Positions 17,063 through 27,500 of a DNA stretch of 64,000 bases are shown here, one piece after another. Positions within the stretch are counted from its first letter, which is position 1. Every line of letters starts with the position of its first letter. Where the stretch lies: positions 1 through 64,000 of the IMG/VR virus record IMGVR_UViG_3300032216_001431. One strand, 5' to 3'. The translations under genes and the position numbers were made by a program. The stretch is from a virus (lineage: Duplodnaviria > Caudoviricetes). Under the pieces are notes generated by a model. That model was given only the letters and a program-made list of their open reading frames with translations. It was not told the DNA's origin and ran no database searches.

Positions 17063-17872
17063 ATGGCTAACGCAAAAAATATTCTAGTTGGCGCAGCCCG
17101 TGTACTTGTATCTAATGGTTCAGGTGCCGGTCGCCCCAACCTTGGAACAACAAACTTTCCATATCAGATCGCTGATGGTGTAGGTACAATCTTAGGATCG
17201 GCCTCATCCACTAGTGTTTACAACTTCATGACAGGTACAGCATCCCCATTTTGGCGTGATATTGGTTACACTAGCAATGGTGTAGAAATCTCATATGAAC
17301 CCGGTTACTCAGATGTCATGGTTGATCAGTTGATGGATGCTGCTCGTTTGTTCAAGCAGTCAGTTAAAGTAACTCTTCGTACCGAATTTGATGAAGGAAC
17401 CCTTGAAAACATCCATGTCATCTTTGGTCAGGCAGAGCAGTTCTTGAACTCTTCTGGAGCAGCAACGGATACTTTTCAAGGCGCTTCGGTAACAAACAGC
17501 ACTTCAGCACAGCACCTTAACCTTTCAGCAGGTGCAATTGGTGATGCCCCCGTAGAAAGAACTGTTGTTCTTGTTGGTAATGCTCCAGCACTTCTCGGTG
17601 AAACTTACAATACTCCTGTTCTAACTGGTACAGGATCTGCTGGTGGTGGTACAAGGTATGATTCTTCAGGTATTATCAAGAAGGAGCGTGTCTATGTTGC
17701 TCGTCGTGCAGTTCAGACTGAAACAGTAACACATTCACTAAAGCGTGATGGTGCAACTGTTTACCCAGTTTCCTTCCGTTGTCTTCCAGAAGACGGCGGC
17801 GGTTATGGTACAGCAGGTTCCTCCACTACTGGCTCCGAATACGGTATCATTCTTGACCGTGTTTACAGTTAA
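17063..17872 (+). CDS. major tail (tube) protein
   Basis: NILVGAA, DIGYTSNG, VDQL, PVSFRCLP; strong SD; terminator follows. Confidence 0.88.
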   Translation: MANAKNILVGAARVLVSNGSGAGRPNLGTTNFPYQIADGVGTILGSASSTSVYNFMTGTASPFWRDIGYTSNGVEISYEPGYSDVMVDQLMDAARLFKQSVKVTLRTEFDEGTLENIHVIFGQAEQFLNSSGAATDTFQGASVTNSTSAQHLNLSAGAIGDAPVERTVVLVGNAPALLGETYNTPVLTGTGSAGGGTRYDSSGIIKKERVYVARRAVQTETVTHSLKRDGATVYPVSFRCLPEDGGGYGTAGSSTTGSEYGIILDRVYS

Positions 17873-17894
17873 TCTATAATTTAATAAAGTTATG

Positions 17895-17930
17895 CATAAA
17901 TACCTCGCTTCGGCGGGGTATTTATGTTTT
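17895..17930 (+). terminator. intrinsic terminator with cUUCGg loop
   Basis: CATAAATACCTCGC-TTCG-GCGGGGTATTTATG-TTTT. Confidence 0.9.
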
Positions 17931-17975
17931 ATGTATAATTGTTGATATAATCAAATAGAAAAACTGGAGGATTGC

Positions 17976-18314
17976 ATGGCTAATACAGTCTATGAAGTTG
18001 TAGATATTCAACTTTCTAATGGTGAAGATATTTCCATTAGACCGCTCACAATTAAAAATTTAAAAAAGTTTACTGAAGTTGTTAAAAAATTAGATGACCC
18101 AAAGGTCACAACTGAAGAACAGGCGATGGAAATCTTTATTGAAGCAGCGATGGTCTGCATGAGACAGTTCAAACCTGAACTTTCAGAAGATAAAGAATTA
18201 TTTGAAGACATTATTGAAGTTCCTACGCTCATGAAGATTCTTGAAGTTGCTGGAGGGTTAAACATTAATGACCCAAACCCTCCACAGGCAGCGGATCTTC
18301 TTGGGATGAACTAG
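17976..18314 (+). CDS. tail assembly chaperone (gpG-like)
   Basis: Between major tail protein and tape measure; I.PLTIK motif. Confidence 0.85.
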   Translation: MANTVYEVVDIQLSNGEDISIRPLTIKNLKKFTEVVKKLDDPKVTTEEQAMEIFIEAAMVCMRQFKPELSEDKELFEDIIEVPTLMKILEVAGGLNINDPNPPQAADLLGMN

Positions 18315-18595
18315 ATCTTGTTGCATTAGAAAGCGAGGTTTTCTTATTGGGAAAATGGATAAACTACGACGAACTGGAATCAACCATGTGCGTCGAAGAG
18401 TTGATTGTAACCGTTAACGCAATAAGAGAAAAGGAAAGTCGGGATCGAAAATTCTCTGCTGCTCTGCAAGGGATTGATCTTGATGAGGAAGAAGAATTAA
18501 ATGATATTACAGATTTGAAGGGACTTTCTGCAGCACAAGAGGGATTCGGTATTGGAATGGGACTTGGCTACATGGAGATTGATGAAACCTCATGA
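17976..18595 (+). CDS. tail assembly chaperone gpGT-like fusion via -1 frameshift at CCCAAAC (18272-18278)
   Basis: In-phase C-CCA-AAC slippery heptamer; the -1 frame is open from there into ORF 18347..18595. Confidence 0.8.
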
Positions 18596-21500
18596 CCCAA
18601 AATATTAACCTTAACATAGTTGGTACCGCTAACTTTCTTCCAGCCATTTCGGAAATAAAGAAACTTAAAACTGCTATGTCCGATTTGCAGAATACGCAAA
18701 TTGGTAAAGGTTTAAATAATCAATTAAATGCTCAACTTAAAAGTTATGAGCAAGATTTTCTTAAAGTAATTCAAACAACAAAAGGTTTTAATGTTGAGCA
18801 AGTTAAACTTGCTGATGCTACTGATCATTTAACAACTAAATTGTCTAGAGGTCAATTTAGTTTAGGTGAATATTATTCAATGTTTAAGCGTAGCAGAACG
18901 GGTGTTGTTGAGGAACTTAATCAAATTGCTCAGGCTCAAGCAAAAGTTGCTAAATCATTTGTTATTCCATCTCAAAAAGGTGGGTATGCTCAAGTAATCA
19001 CTGATATGTCTGGTGTTGCAGACAAGATGAAGACTGCTGAGATTTATCAAAAAGCATTAAATACGGCTATGATGGATGGCACTACTAAACTTATTAATTT
19101 TGGTAAGAATACTCAGTGGGCCGGTCGTCAGTTAACAGTTGGTCTTACAGTTCCGCTTATGGCAGCAGGTGGAGCAATGGCAGCCATGTTCTATCAAGTA
19201 GATCAAAATTTGCGTAAAATGCAATCCGTTTATGGTGTTGGTGGTAAGGCCGGTGGAGCATTTTCATCAATTCTTCCTTCACAACAAGAAATTGCTAGTA
19301 TTCGTAGTCAAGTTGTTCAACTTAGTCAGGAAATGGCTAGAACGTATGGACAAACTGCACAGGAAACTGCTGGTGTAGCCGCAGACCTTGCTGCGGCGGG
19401 ATACACAGGAAATCAACTACTTGGCCTTACAAAAACAGTAACTAAGGCTATGGTTCTTGGTGAATCTGATAGACAAACAGCAATGAAGGCAACAATTGCT
19501 CTTCAAAGTGCTTATAAATTAAGTACAGATGAGACTGCAACTGCACTTAATTTCTTTAGCGCAGCGCAGGCTGCTACTAGCACAACTATGAGGGATCTGA
19601 TTGATGCTATTCCTCGCGTTGGTCCAGTTGTAAGAAACCTTGGTGGTTCATATAAAGATACTGTAGCAATGCTTGTAGCCATGAAAGAGGGTGGTGTAGC
19701 AGCAGGTGAAGGTGCTAACGCACTTAAGAACTCTCTTGGTAGATTAATTTCTCCTACTAAAACAGCGGTAGATTCACTTAAAGTTTTTGGCGTAGATATT
19801 CTTGGAATTGTTAATAAAAATTCTGGCAATGTTGTGGGTATGATTGAATCATTGCAGCAAGCACTTTCTACATTGACGCCATTGGCTAGGCAGCAAGCGA
19901 TTACTGATATTTTTGGTAAATTCCAAATGTCTCGTATGACAGCGTTATTGGATAACTTTAATCAATCTGGCACACAGTCTGCAAAAGTTATGCAGATGAT
20001 GGGTCTTAGTGCTAAGCAACTTTCTGACATTGCAGCAAATCAGACAAAAACTCTTCAAGAATCAACTTCTGGTCAATTTAAAATTGCAATTGAAACATTA
20101 AAAGCAGATTTAATGCCAATTGGAGAAACATTCCTTCAAGTTGCTACAGTTCTTGTTAAAGCAGTTGATTTTATTGTTAAAGGATTTGACAAATTAGGAC
20201 CAATAAAATATGTTTTAGGTGGAATTTTAGGTGGAGCAGCAGTGCTTGGCCCCGTCATCATGTTCTCTGGTCTTATGGCTAACTTAGTTGGTCAAGTATT
20301 TAAACTTGTACAATTATTTAGAATGTTTAGAGGCGGCTTTGCAGAAAGCGGCGGTTGGACATCTCCAATTAAATCATTAACTAATGCATTTGCTGGTTTA
20401 AGTAATTATTTCCAAGAAGTAGATAAGGCTATGGTTGCATCTGAAGCATTATCTAAAGATCTTAATGCAACAATGATGAAACAAGAAGAATCATTAAATA
20501 TTCTTACTGCTGCTTTAACTAGATACACAAATGCTGTTGCGCGTGCTGCTGAGATAAATGGTGTTAGTGGTGGAGGAATTGTTCCTCCACCTAATGGGCC
20601 GTCTGGTGGTCCTGTGAGGCCGGGAGGGATGCCATTTGCGCCCACTGGTGGACCAACTTCACCAATAGGAATTATTGGTAATGCTACTAGGCCAACTCCA
20701 CCAGTACTAAACAATATGAGTGTAAATAAATCAGGGGCAGGGGAAGATGTAGGAAGAACTGGATTTGTTTATGAGACTCCTTCTGGAAATAAGGTTAAAG
20801 GTAATGAATTTATCCATCTTGTTACAGATAAAGCAACTCAAAATGTTTTAGGGAATCTTGCAGTTGTTCCCGGTTATTTTGATGTTCCGAATTCACCGGG
20901 TGTGGCATTAAATAGAAACTTAAAAGAAAACCCCATGCCAATTGTTCCACCATCTATGATGCAGGATGAAGAAATTGTTAAAAGAGTTTTGCGGGATCTT
21001 AAATTGTCCACGGCTGCTTGGTCTGTAGAAGCACATGCTCCAGCGATGAGCCTTGAAAATATTACAAGTTCTGAATCAAGTAAAATTGCTATGCTCCGCG
21101 CTATGCAACAGATGGGTCCATCTGTTCTACCACAATTAACGGCGTTGCATCAAAATGGGGCCACTGGTGAAGATGTCCATAATTTCTTTGCTAATGCTAT
21201 GGGTCCAGAGCAATGGCAGGCTATGCGTAAGCAAGCAGTTCAAGATGTTTTGGCTGCGTATGAGGCAGCCCAAAAATCTGTTCATGAACAACTTCTTTCA
21301 AGTGGCAGAGGGGCGCAAATTGGAACTACAGCAGGTCTACAATCTGTTACCTCACAGTTCGGTTCAGAGTTATTAAAAGAATATAAAGTAATTATTGATA
21401 ATATGGATCAACAAATAGTTACTGCATTAAGTGTTGAATCTGAAAAAACAGGACAAGGACTTTCTACTGCAATTAGAGAGGGTATGCGTAGAAATGCTGC

Positions 21501-24500
21501 TCCAGCATTAATTAACCTTGGTGCTACTGCTGCTACTCATGGAGATATGGTTGTCAAGGAATTTGAGAATTTGATTCATATTGCTCAACAGGCAATGGCA
21601 AAGATTGCAAGTCAAGTTGGATCTACTGCAGTTGAAATTTCTGCAATGTCTGGAGTTGGAACTGTTCCTGTTATTAATCAGGCTGCAGCAAGAGTTTCTA
21701 GAATTGAACAGATTGCAAAGGGGGGCTTAGGTGCAGTTAAATTAGCAACTGGTGGTAAAGTTCAAGGACCGGGTGGACCTAGAGATGATGTTATTCCCGC
21801 CATGCTTTCAGATGGTGAATATGTTGTCAATGCTAATGCTGTAGGACATTATGGGACTGGTTTCTTAGATGCCGTTAATAGTAAAAAATTAGCAGGTGGT
21901 GGTCCAGCAGGGTCGTCCCGCCTTGCAGGTATTATGGATAGCCTGTTTGGGCGAGAAAAAATGCAATCTTCTTCTCAAATACAAAACTATTTAACTTCTC
22001 CAAATAGTGCATATGCTGGGCACAACATTCAAGACTTCTTTGCCTCACGCAATAATGCAAAAAATGTGGATTTGAAGCATATTGAAGATTTGATTTCTAA
22101 TCATCAGGCTCTGGGCACGCTTGAAGAACAACAATTGATGAAAGCATTGGAAGAACATGCTTCAGGTGATTGGGGGAATAAGGGTCCATTGGCAGCCCTT
22201 GATCCTAGAATTGTTGATGCTGGTCGTGCATCATTAAATACTAGATTAAGCCAAATGCCCGGTGATACTGTAAGGCTTTATCGAGCAATTAGAACTACTC
22301 CAGAAACTGGTAAAACTGCTCCCGGTCATTATGGTTATATTCCTGCAGGTCAAGCAATTGAAGCACATCAGCCATACACTTCATATTCTTCCAATATTGA
22401 AAAGGCAATGACTTTTGTAGGAAATGATCAAATTGCTAATGCAAGAATTATTGAAGTTGACGTTCCTAAAAGTGCTATTGTCGGAATTCAAAATGCTAAC
22501 TATACTGGTAAACCGGGAGAGGGAGAATTTGTTGTTAGAACTTCTGATATTCCCGGCGGTTCAAGGTATGTAACTTTCACTGGTCTTTCTACTAAGAGAA
22601 AAAATTCTGATGATCCTCTGCTCAAATTCCTTGGTAAACCGGGTCCAGAATCTAAGGGTATGTTGCTTACAGATATTGCTAGAAGGTACACTCAGATGCC
22701 TTCACCAGAAGCATCTTCTAAAGTACCGGGTTTTTGGGATGAAAGTCAAAGGCAGTATGCTGAAACTCGCGCAGGTAATTTTAATTTCGGTCCTAGATAC
22801 AGCCCAGAACATCAATTAGAATTTTTTGGTATTACCCCAGAAGAAGTTCAAATTGCTCGCCAGCACTTGGAAGAAAAATATGGGATGCAAGTTAAAGAAC
22901 TTGCAAAACAGAAGAATAAAAAAATTATTGGTAAGAATTATGAAGATCAAACTCTTTTAAGATTGGCTTCTGATAAAGAGTTTATTCCTGCTGAATCCCC
23001 CGGTACTATGTCCACTATTTGGTCACCTAATTATATTAATCGTGCTAAGGGTGGTGGTGTTGGTCAATTCCATCATAATAGATTTTACAAATATCATGAT
23101 CGCAAATTTAAATATGAAAAAGGTGGGGAGGTTTTTGCCCACGCAGTAAACCCTATTCATTCGGGAAATTTAAAAGCATATTTACCAATAGGCTTTAAAA
23201 CAACAGAAGAAATTAATCAAGCATTAAACAATAGTAATATTGAAAACGGCGCAAATGTTCAAGAACTTATAGATCAAATATCTAAAGACAATTCAACTGA
23301 TGAAATGATTTCTCAGTTAAAAAATGCTGGATATACCGATACCGCCGCAAAAAAATATGCCAAAAAAATAAAAAATCATACTTTAGAGCAATTGAAAAAA
23401 TTTGAAGGTAAAAAAATAAATGATAGTACTTTATATAATTTAGTAGAACAATCAAAAGAAGTAGAATCAATAAAAGAAAAATTAATTAATGACGAAAATT
23501 GGATAAAATCAACTGCTGAAACAAGAATTAGTCCAAGTCTCAGAAAACTAGGTGAGGCTGGAGCAACGGTAACACTTCCAGAAGAAACAGTTAAATTAAA
23601 CGATAGATTATTAACCAGTAAAATAATTAATTCTGGCAACATGAGTTATGGCTATGATCATAAAAAAGAACAAGTTTATCGTGAATTTAATTTCAATAGC
23701 AATGGTGAAACATATAAAGCAAGGCAAGCACTTAAAGAAATTCCAAAAGCATTTACAATACCAAATAATCCAAATAGAACAAGCATAAGCGAATTAACGG
23801 CTGAAGAAGTACAGCATTTATTCACTGGAGAAAATATAAAGGGCCGAGGGTTTAGGTATTACAATTCTAATAATCGCTTTGTCGCCAGTAGCAAGGGGAT
23901 TAGGGGTATCCTTTCTAATTTAGAAGAAAACCTTCTAATTAAAACTCTAATCCGTCCACGCGCTAATGGCGGTTTTGTCAGACTTGCTGATGGTGGTATC
24001 CCAGCAATGGTTTCAAATGGTGAGTATTTCTTTGGACCAGATACCGTTAAGCATTATGGTAAAGGTTTTATGGATAATCTTAATGCTGGTAAATTTGCTA
24101 TGGGTGGTAAGATTGTTGGCCCCGGCGGTCCTAAAGACGATTTAATTCCAATGACATTACCAGAGCATTCTTATATTATTAATGCTGCTGCTACTCAAAA
24201 AATTGGTATACCAACTCTTGACGCAATTAATTCTAAGAGATTTAGTAAAGGCGGCATTCTTGGTTTTCCGACAGGAGGCGAAGCAACTGCTGAAGAAGAG
24301 CAAAGTCTTATGCAAGTTAGAGCAAGGTTGGCAAGAAAAGCGTTGAAAGCACAACAACGTGCTGAAGAAGAGAATGAAGTAAATAGGCAAGAGCATGAGG
24401 CGTTTGAGGCAAGAAAACGGGCGGCTAAAGCACAATTGCAAGCCGCAGAACAAGAATTAAAGAATGTAAGAAATAATCCCAATTCTACAGGAAAAATTAT

Positions 24501-27500
24501 AGAAGAATCACGAAGAGCAGTTCGTGAAGCCAATCAAGTGCTTCAACCTATGAGGCAAGCAGGAAGACCAATTCGTGAAGCCTATAATGCTTCTCAAGCA
24601 ACACTTCAGCGTGCGACAGAAAGATTCAATGTTCAAAGTGCTGGTATTCCCATGCATATGATTGACCCTGATGCTCCTAGAGAAAGAGGATCACTTGGTC
24701 AAAGGATCAGAGAAAGGTACAGGCCCACTCAAGGTCAGCCGCGACGAGGTTTTAGTTCAGGTATGGGTTCTATGATGGGTGGGACCGCTTTGCAGATGGC
24801 AGGATCTATGGCTGGTGGTGCTTTAGAAGCAAATGCTGGTGGTGCTACTATGGCAAGTTCAGCCTTATCCGGTGCTGGAACTGGTGCAATGATGGGTTCA
24901 ATGCTTGGCCCAGAGGGGATGCTTGCGGGTGCTGCCATCGGTGGAATTATCGGTGGAATTATGGGCCACATGGAAGAAGAACAAAGAAACCTTACAAAGG
25001 CTATTAGTGAAGCCCACCAAAAGAATATGGGATTAGTTTCAAGTATGAGTACGTCTTCTGACATATTAGCGCAACTTGGAATTAAGGTTAAATCTATTTC
25101 TGATATTAAACTTGGAGATAATGCTAAGCAGGCAGAGGCTTATTCTAGTGCAATTAATCAAGTTGCTGATGCGATGGCAAACGGTTCAGAAGCAACAAAA
25201 TCTATGATTAATTATATTAAGACTGCTACTTCTGAAGATCAAAGGAAAGCATTGGGTCAACAATTCTCAGGCGTACTTGCAGCAGGGGGAAGTGTTGAGC
25301 AAGCAACTGTTACTGCAGGAGGGGCTGCAAAGGCAGCCGGATTAAGTGGTTTGATGTCTTCAATTGCAATTAATCAATTGAAATCAGAGGCTCAAAAGGC
25401 TGCAGCATCAGGAAAATCACTTCAACTGTTTGGTGCAGAAAAGCAATTTGCTGGCGCTCAAGCGATGTTAAATAATAATGGTGGCCTTGATTTGAGTAAG
25501 TTATCAAAACAAAACTTTTCTTATTCTACTCCCAATACCGCTTCTCTTGGTGGTAGGTATGGAAGTATGGGCATGAAAAAAGTAAATGCTAATCTGGCGG
25601 GTACCTTGGGTTATTCTGGTCAAACTTTACCTGAAGGATTTATGCTTTCTTCATTAAGAGAAATTAAAGGTAAAACTGCTGAAGATATTAATGCAAAAGG
25701 TCTTGGCGGCGCTGCGGCTCTTGGAAGCAATGATGCAAATATTGCAGCAGTAGCAAAACTTTCTAAAATTACAGAAAACATGAAGCCAGAAGAAGTTGAA
25801 TCAAAAATTAACGCTTACTTGTTAAATTTAAAGAAAATACCTGATGAAGCATTTAAAGATGCTCAGAATTTACAAGATGCTTATGATCAAATTAATATTG
25901 GATTTACTAAACCAATGGAAGATGCAATTGTTAATATGAGTTCTTCTGATTTTAAACAATATATTAATGAATTTTCTACTGGAATGGGTACTGCTTCTGA
26001 TGTTATGAAAGTTGTTGCTGATAAGGTTGCTTCTGAACTTAGTCCTGAAATGCAAGCCTTGGAAGGCTCACTTGGTAACTCAACGGCTGCGTTGAGCAGG
26101 TTCTTGACAGCAGTTAATGCAATTTCTGGTATTAAATTTGATAGCGCACAAGCGCAAGAACGTGCTGCTGCTGCGATTACGGATAATCCTTCATTAGCAG
26201 CAGCAGCAGAAAAACAAACGGCCTTTGAAAAACAAGCCTCATCTATTGGCGATAAAGAATCAAAAAATATTGATGGTAGCAATAGGGTAGGCTCTTTACA
26301 AACTGCTTCTAAAAAATCTTCTGATAAGTTCGTAGCAGATCAAAAGGCTGCTCAAAAAGCATATCAACAGGAACAAGAAAGTATTCAGAATACTATTAAA
26401 GCAAAAAGTAAATATATTGATTCTATTCGTAAAGAAATGGATGCTCGTCAAAAACTTTATGATAAGAAACAACAAGGAATTGAACAAGATCTTACTTTAC
26501 AGAATTTGCAGAATGATGTTTATAGGGCGCGTACGACGGGAAGTTTGCTTGATCAGGCCGCTGCTCAAAGTGCTTATAATGCTGAATTAAATAAGCAGGC
26601 TGACCTTAAGGCTAAGCAGGCTGCTGATGAAAAAGATCAATCTAAAATTGATAAAACTGATACGCAAATTAGTACTTTGCAAGATACGCTTGATAAAATT
26701 TCTAAAAATTATGATAAAGCACAGCAAAAAGCACAAGACACTCAGGATGCAATTCAGGTTAGTTATGGAAAACAAATAGAACAAGCAAAAAAACTTGGTG
26801 ATACAACTGGCGCACAACAAGCAGCATGGTCAGATGGTTGGCAGAAACTTGTGACTGCTGCTGAGCAAGGTAAGGGTGCAACTTCTCAAGAAGTTATTGA
26901 TCTTATTGATGGGCTTACTAAATCAAGTGGTGTTGCTAAAACACAAATTATACAAGATTTTACAGAAATGCAAACAAATTTCAATAAAACTGTTGGTAAA
27001 GATGGACTTATTTTTAATGCTAACGGTACAATGACAAAACTTGGAATTCCAAATGGACAAATTTATGCTGATGAAAATGGTAATCTAACTTGGAAAGAGG
27101 CTGGTGGCAAGCCAAGGTTCGTGGACCTTGGTGGAGGTGTTGTTGTTTCAAACGCAAGTAAGCCAAAGCCACAACGAATTGGATCAGGCCCACTTGCAAA
27201 TAAACCATTACCAGCACCAGCAGCAGAAGGTGGTTATATTTCTGGACCGGGAACTGCAACTTCTGATTCCATTCCCGCTAGACTTTCAAATGGAGAGTAT
27301 GTAGTTCGTGCAAAAGCAGTAAATCATTATGGTTCAGGTATGATGGATGCTATTAATGAAAGAAGGTTTGCAGAAGGCGGTCTTGTCGGTCCAGATAATG
27401 TAAGTAGTATGCAAGATGGTAGTGGCAAACTTCCTAAAATTAACTTTGGTTATTCTGTTCCTTTTGCACGCGGCGGCGCTGTGTCGCCTAATGAAGGTGG

